A stretch of 64,000 nucleotides of DNA from an uncultured Alphaproteobacteria bacterium (GTDB lineage: Bacteria > Pseudomonadota > Alphaproteobacteria > Rhizobiales > Xanthobacteraceae). The DNA lies in the NCBI GenBank assembly GCA_963761395.1, contig CAVXHU010000043.1, positions 2,132 through 66,131 on the forward strand, in the 5' to 3' direction. Below are positions 9,356-19,314 of this stretch, in pieces (position 1 is the first letter of the stretch; each line of letters starts with the position of its first letter). The position numbers and the translations under genes were made by a program. The notes under the pieces were generated by a model. That model worked only from the letters and a program-made list of their open reading frames with translations, was not told the DNA's origin and made no database searches.

Positions 9356-10453
9356 TCAGCAGGACCCCAAGGCCACCGGGCGGAAAGCCTGGAGCAAATG
9401 CTGGTCGAGCTTGCCGCCCATCTGCTCCATGATCGCAAAGGCCTTGGCATGCGTAAACGGCAACCGGTAGGCCCGCTTCTCCACCAGCGCCGCGTGGATA
9501 TCCACGATCGTTATCAGGCGCACGATGTCGCTGATCTGATCGCCGCGCAGGCCATTGGGATATCCGCTCCCGTCAAGCAATTCGTGATGGTGCAGGACGA
9601 CATCCAGCATCTCCGGCGGGAAGCCGCCTTGGGCTGCGAGCGCGTCATAGCCCAGGCGCGGATGCATGCGCATCACCCTCATTTCCTCGTCGGTAAGCTC
9701 TCCCGGCTTGTCCAGAATCGCCACCGGGACCAACGCCTTGCCGACATCGTGCAGAAGGGCGGCGCGCACCAGACGGCGCTGATCGTCCTCCCGCATGCCG
9801 AGATGCTGTGCGAACGCGACCGCATATCCGGTAACAAACAGGCAGTGGCGATAGCTTTCGATATGATGGCAGCCGACCGCCGTCAGCCATTGCCGCAATG
9901 AGGAGTGCTTGATGGCCCTCAGGATCTTGTATTCGGCGTCCACGATGTCGCTGAATTTCAACGGCGCGCCTGCGGGAAGCTTGTCGAAGATCTTGACCAT
10001 AACCGCATGCGCGGCTTCGACGCCTCTGTTCAACGCTTTGCCGCTGTCGGTGGCGTCGAACCGGATGCTGTCCGGAAAGGCGGCATGGATGCGTTGCAGA
10101 ATGTCCTCGGCATTGAGCGGCCGCGATATCGTATCGGTTGCGCCCAACGCCCAGGCCTGCATCGAGCCATGATGCAAGGCGTCAGCGAGAACGAACAATC
10201 GCGGCATCGCGCGGTAAGCTTCCGCACGCAGCTTGTTCCGGACCTGCTGCACGCTCTCGGGCGACCGCAGATTGATGTCCACCACTATTCCCGAGAGATC
10301 GGTGGCGGGTGCGTCGGGAATATCCGACGCCGAAATGGTATCGACCTCGCCCGCGGACTGCAGAATGTTGGCCAATTCGCTGCTCTGATCGCTTCTGTCC
10401 GACGCCAGCAGCAGCCGGCGTTTGGACGAAGTCTTGTTGTCGAGAGCTGTCAT
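9356..10453 (-). CDS. HD-GYP domain c-di-GMP phosphodiesterase with degenerate receiver-like N-terminus
   Basis: ALLHDVGK, HHHELLDGSGYPNGL motifs. Confidence 0.93.
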   Translation of the reverse strand: MTALDNKTSSKRRLLLASDRSDQSSELANILQSAGEVDTISASDIPDAPATDLSGIVVDINLRSPESVQQVRNKLRAEAYRAMPRLFVLADALHHGSMQAWALGATDTISRPLNAEDILQRIHAAFPDSIRFDATDSGKALNRGVEAAHAVMVKIFDKLPAGAPLKFSDIVDAEYKILRAIKHSSLRQWLTAVGCHHIESYRHCLFVTGYAVAFAQHLGMREDDQRRLVRAALLHDVGKALVPVAILDKPGELTDEEMRVMRMHPRLGYDALAAQGGFPPEMLDVVLHHHELLDGSGYPNGLRGDQISDIVRLITIVDIHAALVEKRAYRLPFTHAKAFAIMEQMGGKLDQHLLQAFRPVALGSC

Positions 10454-10605
10454 GATTCCCCTTTGAGTGGCTGATACGGCCGAGAGCAGAGATATCCGAT
10501 ACAGGTTCCTCTCGGCTTAAGGGGTATTGTGAACGCCGATTTATTGCGGACTGTAAGAATTTAACGATCCCTCGCAAATGACCGCGCGAGGCAAAAAGCC
10601 GCGCG

Positions 10606-10638
10606 AAAAAATCCGCCGGAGCAAGCCTCCGGCGGATT
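10606..10638 (-). terminator. Intrinsic terminator
   Basis: AATCCGCCGGAG-CAAGC-CTCCGGCGGATT hairpin followed by a T-run on the minus strand. Confidence 0.7.
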
Positions 10639-10665
10639 GTTGTAATCGCCTGATCCGCGGTCGTC

Positions 10666-11112
10666 CTACGCCTTCATGGCTCCCTTCACCGCCTCTGCCG
10701 TGATCGGCAGCGAGCGGACGCGGGCGCCGGAGGCGTTGAAGATCGCGTTGCCAAGCGCGGGCGCGATCACGGTCACCGCGGGTTCGCCGACGCCGGTGGC
10801 CTTTTCGCCGTTGGCAATGATGCTGACGGCGACTTCCGGCACCTGACTCATCCGCAGCGGCGTATAGGTATCGAAGTTGGTCTGCTCGATACCGCCGTCC
10901 TTCAGGGTCGCCTTTTCGTACAGCGCGAGCGACAGCCCCCACAAAGCCGCGCCCTCGACCTGGGCCCGGATGTTGTCGGGATGCACCTGGGTGCCGACGT
11001 CGGTGGCCACGGTCAGTTTCTTGACCTTGACCTCGCCGCTCGGTGCGACCGCAACATGAGCGACGCACGCGGTCCAGCTTGCGGTCGGCCTTTCCGTTGT
11101 GCGTTGCGGCAA
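10666..11112 (-). pseudogene. C-terminal fragment of a xanthine dehydrogenase-family molybdopterin subunit (IorB-like)
   Basis: DVGTQVHPDNIRAQVEGA, NFDTY.PLRM...P, TGVGEP...APALGNAIFNA.G.R.R.LP; only ~140 aa of a protein that is usually >700 aa. Confidence 0.85.
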
Positions 11113-11249
11113 TAATTTGCCGCAAAGTTGTCATGGATTTGGTGCCCCACGGCTACCGGACATAACGATTGCCGAATGCAAGGTCGGGCAGTTCCCACGG
11201 GCGAATGGATCGCGCTAGAATAAGCTCAGACGTCTTTCAGGAAGCCGCG

Positions 11250-12044
11250 ATGCCAAAGATCAATCGGGACGGGGTCGGGATCTATTACGAAGTCCACGGC
11301 AGCGGACCCGCACTGTTGCTGACCCACGGCTATTCATCGACCTCGGCGATGTGGCAGGGCCAGATCGCGCCGCTGTCGAAACATCACAAGCTTGTGTTGT
11401 GGGACATGCGCGGCCACGGCCAGTCCGATTACCCCGACGATCCCACGGCCTATAGCGAGGCGCTGACGGTTGCGGACATGGCCGCGCTGCTCGATGAAGT
11501 CGGCGCTGAGCGCGCCATCGTCGGCGGGCTGTCGCTCGGAGGCTATATGTCGCTTGCGTTTTATCGCGCGCATCCCGACCGCGTGCGCGCGCTTCTGATC
11601 ATCGATACCGGACCGGGTTTTAAGAAAGACGACGCCCGCGAATCCTGGAACAAGCGCGCGCACGAAACCGGCGACCGCTTTGAGCGCGAAGGCCTTGCGG
11701 TGCTGAAATCCCTAAGCCGCGAACGTTCGACCGTGAGCCATCGCGATGCGTCGGGACTGGCACGCGCGGCACGCGGCATGCTGACCCAGCGCGATGCCCG
11801 CGTGATCGAATCGCTTCCCAACATCAAGGTGCCGTCGCTGGTGATGGTCGGCGCCGATGACGCGCCGTTCCTCGCAGCTTCCGACTACATGGCGGTGAAA
11901 ATCCCGGGCGCGCAAAAGGTGGTGATCCCGGCCGCCGGCCACGCCGTCAATATCGACCAGCCGCAGGCGTTCATCGACGCCGTGCTGCCGTTCCTCGATC
12001 GCCTCCCGCGCAGCGCTCCCAAGGAAAGGGTCGCCCAACCATGA
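11250..12044 (+). CDS. Alpha/beta hydrolase
   Basis: LLTHGY, WDMRGHGQS, GLSLGG nucleophile elbow, AGH. Confidence 0.93.
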   Translation: MPKINRDGVGIYYEVHGSGPALLLTHGYSSTSAMWQGQIAPLSKHHKLVLWDMRGHGQSDYPDDPTAYSEALTVADMAALLDEVGAERAIVGGLSLGGYMSLAFYRAHPDRVRALLIIDTGPGFKKDDARESWNKRAHETGDRFEREGLAVLKSLSRERSTVSHRDASGLARAARGMLTQRDARVIESLPNIKVPSLVMVGADDAPFLAASDYMAVKIPGAQKVVIPAAGHAVNIDQPQAFIDAVLPFLDRLPRSAPKERVAQP

Positions 12045-12409
12045 GTCGGCTAACGTACACTGCGTCCCTGCTGATAGCCGTTGCGACCGGGTGGCTTGGC
12101 ACGTGGCTTGGGCCTGCAAGCGCCAAGCCATTCGCGCCGACCGATGGCCTGCATTCGCCGCCCTTCACGGCGACCTTGTCGAACAATACGCCGCTTGTCT
12201 TCGGGATGGATGTGGAAGACGCCTCGCGGGCGTTGGGGACGCCATTGAATTACATCCGCGGCCGCCCCGGCGATGAAATCTATCTGGCGTTCCGCAACAT
12301 CGGCGGCAGCGGTTTGTTCTTTCAAAAGCACCGGCTCTATCTGCAATTCCGCAAGGGCAGGTTGGCGGGCTGGAAGGGCGACTGGGGCCAGAACTGGATG
12401 TGGCAATAG
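12041..12409 (+). CDS. Hypothetical exported protein
   Basis: Start overlaps upstream stop (ATGA); N-terminal signal-like segment. Confidence 0.7.
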   Translation: MSRLTYTASLLIAVATGWLGTWLGPASAKPFAPTDGLHSPPFTATLSNNTPLVFGMDVEDASRALGTPLNYIRGRPGDEIYLAFRNIGGSGLFFQKHRLYLQFRKGRLAGWKGDWGQNWMWQ

Positions 12410-12477
12410 AGACGGCAGGCCGCACTTCCCTTTCGAACATTCTCCAAGAAGATCAACCTCAAGCAAATGGATGACCC

Positions 12478-13152
12478 GTGGGAAAAGACATAAAACTGAC
12501 GGCTTCGGATAAATTTCAATTGGGCGGCTATCGTGCCGACCCCGCGACCGCGCCCAAGGCGGCCGTGGTGGTGATCCAGGAGATCTTTGGCGTCAATCAC
12601 CACATCCGCGCGGTCTGCGATCGTCTCGCGGGCGAAGGCTATGTCGCCATCGCGCCCTCGATCTTCGACCGCATCGAACCCAATTTCCAGTGCGGCTATT
12701 CCCCTGACGAGGTCGCGGTGGCGCGCAAGTTCGTCGCCAATCCCGATTGGGCGGCGATGCTGCGCGACACCGAGGCCGCCATCGATGCCGTGAGGGCTGT
12801 CGGCCCGGTCGGCATCATCGGCTTTTGCCTCGGCGGCAGCGTCGTCTACGCGGCGGCGACAAAACTGTCGGGGCTATCGGCGGCGGTCGGCTATTACGGC
12901 GGCGCCATCGTCCGCTTCGCCGATGACAAGCCGAAAGTGCCGACGCAATTGCATTTCGGAGAAAAGGACGCGGGCATTCCGCTCAGCGATGTCGAGATCA
13001 TCCGCACCAAGCGGCCCGACGTCGAGATCCACGTCTATCCGGGCGCGCAGCACGGCTTCCACTGCGACGAGCGGGCGAGTTACGACAAGACAAGCGCCGA
13101 TATCGCATGGCCGCGCAGCCTCGGCTTTTTTGCCAAACATTTGAGGAAATAG
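12478..13152 (+). CDS. Dienelactone hydrolase family protein
   Basis: QEIFGVN, GFCLGG, YPGAQHGF. Confidence 0.95.
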   Translation: MGKDIKLTASDKFQLGGYRADPATAPKAAVVVIQEIFGVNHHIRAVCDRLAGEGYVAIAPSIFDRIEPNFQCGYSPDEVAVARKFVANPDWAAMLRDTEAAIDAVRAVGPVGIIGFCLGGSVVYAAATKLSGLSAAVGYYGGAIVRFADDKPKVPTQLHFGEKDAGIPLSDVEIIRTKRPDVEIHVYPGAQHGFHCDERASYDKTSADIAWPRSLGFFAKHLRK

Positions 13153-13158
13153 AGATTC

Positions 13159-13252
13159 GTCATGCGCGGGCTTGACCCGCGCATCCATCAAAAGAGAATT
13201 TGCTTGAGGAGATGGATTGCCGGGTCGAGCCAAGGTCGAGCCCGGCAATGAC
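13159..13252. repeat. GTCAT-type element, gene-less counterpart of the GIY-YIG element
   Basis: Left GTCATGCGCGGGCTTGACCCGCGCATCCATC, right GATGGATTGCCGGGTCGAG...CCCGGCAATGAC; arms match those at 19315 and 19648. Confidence 0.9.
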
Positions 13253-13262
13253 GAGGTGCCGT

Positions 13263-13375
13263 TCAGAACCAGCGTTCGCCGACCAGCACGGTGTCGCCGG
13301 GGCTGAGCGCGGTGCCGAGCGGCACCGCGACGCGCATCGAACCCGAACTATCGGTGTGAGCAGGGTGACGCGGTG
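13263..13375 (-). pseudogene. C-terminal remnant of a polysaccharide export (Wza/SLBB-type) protein
   Basis: ...[31 protein letters not shown], typical C-terminus; no start or N-terminal part before the msrA stop. Confidence 0.65.
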
Positions 13376-13389
13376 AGGAAGAAAAGCGA

Positions 13390-14046
13390 TCAGGCACTGA
13401 CGCCAGCGCCGATCGGACACGACACCCCGGTGCCGCCGAGCCCGCAATAGCCGGCCGGATTCTTGGCCAGATATTGCTGATGATAGTCCTCGGCGAAATA
13501 GAATTCGCCCGCCGGCGCGATCTCCGTGGTGATGGCGCCCAGACCCTTTGCCGCCAACGCCTTCTGATAGGCCGCGCGGGATGCATCAGCGGCTTTGCGT
13601 TGCGCGTCGCTGCGGGTGTAGATCGCGGAACGATACTGGGTGCCGACGTCATTGCCCTGACGCATGCCCTGCGTCGGGTTGTGACTTTCCCAAAACGTCT
13701 TCAAGAGCTGGTCGTACGAGATTTTCGTCGGATCGAACACCACCAGTACCGCTTCGGTATGACCGGTGCGGCCCGAACAGACCTCCTCGTAAGTGGGGTT
13801 TTCGGTATGACCGCCGGCGTAGCCTACGGCGGTGGTATAGATGCCATCGCCGAGTTCCCAGAATTTGCGCTCCGCGCCCCAGAAACAGCCGAGCCCGAAC
13901 ACCGCCTGCTCCAGGCCTGCGGGATAAGGCGGCTGCAGTTGACGGCCGTTTACGAAATGCCTCGTTGCAGTAGGGATCGGGTTCGCACGGCCCGGCAGCG
14001 CCTCGGCTGCGCTCGGCAATGCGGTGGTTTTGCGCATGAACAACAT
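13390..14046 (-). CDS. msrA: Peptide-methionine (S)-S-oxide reductase
   Basis: GCFWG, GYAGG...[33 protein letters not shown]. Confidence 0.97.
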   Translation of the reverse strand: MLFMRKTTALPSAAEALPGRANPIPTATRHFVNGRQLQPPYPAGLEQAVFGLGCFWGAERKFWELGDGIYTTAVGYAGGHTENPTYEEVCSGRTGHTEAVLVVFDPTKISYDQLLKTFWESHNPTQGMRQGNDVGTQYRSAIYTRSDAQRKAADASRAAYQKALAAKGLGAITTEIAPAGEFYFAEDYHQQYLAKNPAGYCGLGGTGVSCPIGAGVSA

Positions 14047-14281
14047 GGGTTACCTCCCGGCGGACGTCAGTTGAAGAAAGAACCACTTCGCATCATGGGC
14101 CGCGAACGGCAGAATGTCGAAAGCGCACTTCAAGTCAGCCAACACCAGCCCTGGATCCGTCTCGCGAGCGCCTTCGAACTTCTCGGCAGCAATGTATCTC
14201 TCATATACGCCTTTACCTCGGCAGCTTAAGCCCCGTTGCGCCGGACCGTTGAACATAAATCCGGCAGCGCCGCGTTCCCGC

Positions 14282-14599
14282 TCAGTCCCGCGAATAGCCG
14301 ATCAACGGCTTGCGCGGCCGGAACACCAGCATCAGCAGAATACCCAGCACGCCCATCACGGCAAAAACCGGCTGGTCCAGGATAATCTTGACGACACTGG
14401 TCCAGAGCCAGGGCGCGGTGCCCTCCACCCAGGCCCGGAATGCCTGCTGGCTGGATTGATGGACGTCGTTCCAGAATTGGCCAAACCGGGTGAACCGCAA
14501 GGTCTGATCGGCGACCCAGCGCGCGCCGTCATAGACCATGAAAATAAATCCGCCGGCCAGCAGCAATAGCCCGACAAGTCGGAAAAAACCGCGGATCAT
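14282..14599 (-). CDS. Hypothetical membrane protein
   Basis: Two hydrophobic segments; AAGGTG RBS. Confidence 0.75.
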   Translation of the reverse strand: MIRGFFRLVGLLLLAGGFIFMVYDGARWVADQTLRFTRFGQFWNDVHQSSQQAFRAWVEGTAPWLWTSVVKIILDQPVFAVMGVLGILLMLVFRPRKPLIGYSRD

Positions 14600-14733
14600 G
14601 CGTCACCTTATCTCTATCGCGCCCGAAAACGCCGTCAGCCATTAAAAGGGGCAGTTCGGCAAATTCAACCTCATCAGCACCTTATCAGCGTGTTCCGCCG
14701 GGCTTTCCGGCCCCGGGGCGAGCCCGGAAGGCG

Positions 14734-14762
14734 TTGACGCTGCAAAACGTGCCCCTTATAAG
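14734..14762 (+). promoter_or_regulatory. sigma70 promoter upstream of rpsT
   Basis: TTGACG-17 nt-TATAAG. Confidence 0.65.
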
Positions 14763-14962
14763 GGCGCAAATGGCGGCGGGCGCAATCCCGCCGCCGCTGT
14801 TCTTTGAACGGCGCCGTCATGGGAGCCTATTTGCTTCCAGAGAATGGCACTCTCTCACAGAACACCCTGAAAACACGATAGCGTCGATCACGCGGTTGAA
14901 CGGCGGGCGCGCTCAAGCCCGATCACCCGCGACCCGGTCACCGCCGAAGGATATTTGAGACC

Positions 14963-15229
14963 ATGGCCAATACGACTTCCGCCAAGAAGGCGACGCGCAA
15001 GATTGCCCGCCGCACCATTATCAACAAGTCGCGCCGCACCCAGATGCGCGGCGCGGTCCGCATTGTCGAAGAGGCGATCAAGACCGGCGACCGCGATGCG
15101 GCGCTGAAGGCAATGGCTCGCGCGGAGCCGGAACTGATGCAGGCAGCGCAGCGCAACATCATTCACAAGAACAATGCGAGCCGAAAGGTCTCGCGACTCT
15201 CGCACCAGATCGCAAAACTTGCGAAATGA
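14963..15229 (+). CDS. rpsT: 30S ribosomal protein S20
   Basis: [25 protein letters not shown]. Confidence 0.98.
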   Translation: MANTTSAKKATRKIARRTIINKSRRTQMRGAVRIVEEAIKTGDRDAALKAMARAEPELMQAAQRNIIHKNNASRKVSRLSHQIAKLAK

Positions 15230-15252
15230 ACTGATCAAAAGAGAAAATCGTC

Positions 15253-15287
15253 AAGAATGCCCGGCAGTGCCGGGCATTCTTCTTTTT
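15253..15287 (+). terminator. Intrinsic terminator after rpsT
   Basis: AAGAATGCCCGGC-AGT-GCCGGGCATTCTT then CTTTTT. Confidence 0.85.
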
Positions 15288-16410
15288 GGTGGTCGTATCA
15301 TCCCGCACCGGTTGGCACGCCCGTAATTTTACCGGGTGCTGTCTGCCCTACGATCTTGAGTAGTCCATGATGGCTACGCCGATATTGATGGCGCGCGCTT
15401 TTGGGACAGCAACCGCGAATGCACGGTCGCGTTCACACCGCTTCAGGGTTACCCTCTTCCGATGAGCAAAAAAAAACGCGTTCGCGTAGCCACTTATCGG
15501 CATAGTGGCGATCTGTTGTTCGAAAACTCGTTTCCGCCCCACTCAATCATAAACGAATTATGAATTTATTTTGGGCGATTGTCAGAAATGTCACAGCCGC
15601 TTTGGGCTTCGAATCTGTGCGCAGATTCAAAACCTTGCCACTTTCGGCGAAACGCGCTGCCCGATTTTGCGGGCGTGAAGCTGTTTTCGCCGGCCCCACG
15701 GGGAATCATTTTCGTTGCGGGAAACAGGGCATGATGTATCTCTAAGAGCGTTCGCGACGCCCACGGCTCTTGAGACCAGCGCGGTTTAAGGAACGGGGCG
15801 GGCGTGCAAATCGGCGGCGGTGTGCACGTTGGCGACGCTTTCCAAGCGATTGTCGGATCGAAACTCATAGCAATATGAGGACGGTGGCTTTGTGTCGAAA
15901 TTTCTCAGGCGGGACATTGGTGTCTCGCTCGCTTCTAACAAGAGAGATACGCACCAGCCAACCGAGAAGCGCCGAGGGCGAAGCAAGCGGGCGGGTTACA
16001 AAGACGGGCTGAGGTGCGCGGCGTAACGACTGGACGATTTTGAATTCCAGGCATCGCCGACTGAAATTGAAACATAACGTGGAATGGCAGCTTGCCGTGC
16101 GCAATCACGGTGAGAGGGGGAGGTTGCATGCTTTGCGGAATCATCCTGGTAATCGATCAAATAATTTTTTCAAATGACGCCGTATTGAACGCCGCCTGTG
16201 GGCGGCCGCCGACGCGAACTCCGGACAGACCGTCGAGTACGCGCTGACCTCGCGGACGCTTCCGTTCCAGCCCAATTGATTGCCTGACGGCATTTCGCCG
16301 GGCGGCCGGTCTATGGCTGGAGACGAAGCCCCGCTTGAGGTCACGCCGCGCGGAGAGCCCGCACGGCGATTTCACAAGCAATATTACTCCTTCGGAAAAG
16401 TCGTCAGGCA

Positions 16411-17841
16411 ATGACAAATACGGAACAAGATCGCTGGTCACGCGTGAAGGGTCGGCTGCGCTCGAGCGTGGGAGAAGACGTCTACACAAGCTGGTTTGCA
16501 CGCATGGATCTGGAAAGCGTGCAACAGGAAAGCGTCCACCTCTCGGTTCCGACGCGGTTTCTCAAGAGCTGGATCCAGGCGCATTACGCCGAGCGGGTTC
16601 TCACCTGCTGGCAGGCCGAGATGCCGGAAGTGCACCGGATCGACCTCACCGTGCGCACCGCGATGCGTTGCGCGGCGCCGGCAAAAGAAGTTCTCGCGCC
16701 GCTCGATCAACGCCGCGCCGAGCGGTCCGATGGCCGTCCCGCGCCTGAGCTGCGCGCAACCGCGATCGCGCCGGTGTCCGCCAACCATGACGCGCTCGGC
16801 GGCTCGCCGCTCGATCCGCGCCTGACCTTCGGAAGTTTCGTCATCGGCCGCTCCAACACGCTGGCCCACGCCGCGGCGCGTCAGGTCGCTGAGGGACGGC
16901 GCGGCGACAGCGTGATGTTCAATCCGCTCTACATCCACGCCGGCGTCGGGCTTGGCAAAACCCATCTGCTGCAGGCGGTGACGTGGGCCGGCAATTCGGG
17001 CAGCGAACGCAAGGTGCTTTACCTCACCGCCGAGAAGTTCATGTACGGCTTCGTCGCGGCACTGAAAACGCAGACCGCGCTGGCGTTCAAGGAGGCGCTG
17101 CGCGGCATCGACGTGCTCGTGATCGACGACCTGCAGTTCCTGCAGGGCAAATCGACCCAGGCCGAATTCTGTCATACCCTGAATGCGCTGATCGATGCCG
17201 GCCGCCAGGTGGTGATCGCGGCGGATCGTCCGCCGTCCGATCTGGAGAGCCTCGACGACCGCGTGCGCTCGCGCCTCGCCGGCGGCCTTGTGGTCGAGAT
17301 GGGATCGCTCGGCGAGGAATTGCGGCTCGGAATTCTCAAATCGCGCGTCGCCGCGGCGCGTGCGCATCATGCGAGCTTCGACGTTCCGCCGCCGGTGCTG
17401 GATTATCTCGCCCGAACCATTACCCACAACGGCCGCGATCTCGAAGGCGCCATCAATCGCCTGCTGGCGCACAGCAAACTCAACGCGCAGCCGGTGACGC
17501 TGGAAATGGCCGAGCGCGAAGTGCGCGACCTGATCCGCCCGCAGGAACCCAAGCGCATCAAGATCGAGGACATCCAGCGGGTGGTGGCACGGCAATACAA
17601 TGTCAGCCGCTCCGACCTGTTGTCTTCGCGCCGCACCGCGAATGTGGTTCGCCCGCGCCAGGTCGCAATGTATCTGGCCAAGACGCTGACGCTGCGCTCG
17701 CTGCCCGAAATCGGCCGCCGGTTCGGGGGACGCGACCACACCACGGTGTTGCACGCCGTGCGCAAGATCGAGGCCTTGGTGGCAAAGGACGTGGCGCTGT
17801 CCGAGGAAGTCGAATCGTTGAAGCGTCAATTGCAGGAGTGA
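16411..17841 (+). CDS. dnaA: Chromosomal replication initiator DnaA
   Basis: [45 protein letters not shown]. Confidence 0.99.
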   Translation: MTNTEQDRWSRVKGRLRSSVGEDVYTSWFARMDLESVQQESVHLSVPTRFLKSWIQAHYAERVLTCWQAEMPEVHRIDLTVRTAMRCAAPAKEVLAPLDQRRAERSDGRPAPELRATAIAPVSANHDALGGSPLDPRLTFGSFVIGRSNTLAHAAARQVAEGRRGDSVMFNPLYIHAGVGLGKTHLLQAVTWAGNSGSERKVLYLTAEKFMYGFVAALKTQTALAFKEALRGIDVLVIDDLQFLQGKSTQAEFCHTLNALIDAGRQVVIAADRPPSDLESLDDRVRSRLAGGLVVEMGSLGEELRLGILKSRVAAARAHHASFDVPPPVLDYLARTITHNGRDLEGAINRLLAHSKLNAQPVTLEMAEREVRDLIRPQEPKRIKIEDIQRVVARQYNVSRSDLLSSRRTANVVRPRQVAMYLAKTLTLRSLPEIGRRFGGRDHTTVLHAVRKIEALVAKDVALSEEVESLKRQLQE

Positions 17842-17877
17842 GCGGCTTCTGTTCCCTGGCGCCGCGGTTTCATAGCA

Positions 17878-17996
17878 GTCGTCGCGGCGAACGCCGGGAC
17901 CTATACTCCGCGACATCTCGCTTTGGCAGGAAAGCAGACGGCTTTTGCGGCTATCGGCGCCGGTGGCCACGGGTCCCGGCGTTCGCCGGGGACGAC
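17878..17996. repeat. GTCGT-type palindromic element between dnaA and dnaN
   Basis: GTCGTCGCGGCGAACGCCGGGACC ... GGTCCCGGCGTTCGCCGGGGACGAC. Confidence 0.85.
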
Positions 17997-18186
17997 CACG
18001 GATGACCCGCAAAACGTGGGGAAGAGCCCGCACATCTCTTGCGCTTGCCGGCCATCCGCGCCACCTTGCGGTCCCCCCGCGGGTTTGATCAAATCCAGCT
18101 TTGATCGGGCTTTTCGGGTTTCAATGCCGCGGCGCGCCTTTCGGGCCGCCCGGCTTTTCCATCTTAGGGATCAGGCGGGTATTGCA

Positions 18187-19305
18187 ATGAAGGTCACCGT
18201 CGAACGCGCGCAACTCCTGAAGTCGCTGGGCCACGTCCATCGCGTGGTCGAACGCCGCAACACCATTCCGATCCTGGGCAACGTGCTGGTCCGGGCCGAA
18301 AACGCGCGGCTGTCGCTGAAGGCCACCGACCTCGACCTTGAGGTGACCGAGACGCTGCCGGCGGAAACCGCAACCGGCGGTTCGACCACCGTGCCGGCGC
18401 ATATGTTTTACGACATCGTGCGCAAATTGCCCGACGGCGCGCAGATCGTGCTGGAAGGCGACGGCGACCGTTCGGTGCTGGCGATCCGCGCCGGCCGCTC
18501 ACGCTTCACATTGCAGACCCTGCCGGAAAACGATTTTCCCGATCTTGCCGCCGGCGACATGACGCATTCGTTTACGCTGGCGGCCTCCGACCTGAAACGG
18601 TTGATCGACCGCACCCAGTTTGCGATCTCGACCGAGGAAACCCGCTACTATCTCAACGGCATCTATCTGCACACGGCCGGCAGCGCCAAGGCCGCTACCT
18701 TGCGCGCGGTCGCGACCGACGGACATCGTCTGGCGCAGATCGACCTGGCTTTGCCCAAAGGCGCCTCCGGCATGCCCGGCGTGATCGTGCCGCGCAAGAC
18801 GGTCGGCGAAGTGCAGCGCTTGATCGAGGACAACGAGGGCGAGGTCGGAATCGAACTGTCGCAGGGCAAGGTCCGCTTCACCATCGGCGATGTGGTGCTG
18901 ACCTCGAAACTGATCGACGGCACGTTTCCCGACTATGGCCGGGTTATCCCGCAAAACAACGACAAGGAGCTCATTGTCGACAAGAAGGATTTCGAGGCCG
19001 CGGTCGACCGCGTCTCGACGATCTCGAGCGAGCGCGGCCGCGCGGTGAAACTGGCATTGTCCGCGGGCAAGCTGGTGCTGTCGGTGACCAACCCGGATTC
19101 CGGCAGCGCGACCGAAGAGCTCGAAGTCGAGTACGCCTCCGATGCGCTCGATATCGGATTCAACTCGCGCTATCTCCTGGATATCGCGGCTCAGATCGAG
19201 GGCGAGGTTGCAGTGCTGAAGCTGGCCGATCCCGGTTCGCCGACGCTGGTGCAGGACAAGGATTCCAAAGGCGCGCTCTACGTGCTGATGCCGATGCGGG
19301 TGTAG
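18187..19305 (+). CDS. dnaN: DNA polymerase III beta sliding clamp
   Basis: RRNTIPIL.NV, ATDLD, ETRYYLNG, ATDGHRL, FPDY, VLMPMRV. Confidence 0.99.
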   Translation: MKVTVERAQLLKSLGHVHRVVERRNTIPILGNVLVRAENARLSLKATDLDLEVTETLPAETATGGSTTVPAHMFYDIVRKLPDGAQIVLEGDGDRSVLAIRAGRSRFTLQTLPENDFPDLAAGDMTHSFTLAASDLKRLIDRTQFAISTEETRYYLNGIYLHTAGSAKAATLRAVATDGHRLAQIDLALPKGASGMPGVIVPRKTVGEVQRLIEDNEGEVGIELSQGKVRFTIGDVVLTSKLIDGTFPDYGRVIPQNNDKELIVDKKDFEAAVDRVSTISSERGRAVKLALSAGKLVLSVTNPDSGSATEELEVEYASDALDIGFNSRYLLDIAAQIEGEVAVLKLADPGSPTLVQDKDSKGALYVLMPMRV

Positions 19306-19314
19306 GATTCTCTT

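Noticed and set aside
15290-16410. oriC next to dnaA
   Set aside because: No cluster of TTATCCACA-like boxes seen; in studied alphaproteobacteria the origin is usually near hemE. It cannot be excluded without GC-skew data.
16438-18033. Long antisense ORFs (this 531-aa one, also 21146-22333, 24748-26427, 38962-40584, 53036-54247)
   Set aside because: Shadow frames of GC-rich genes with no recognisable motifs.
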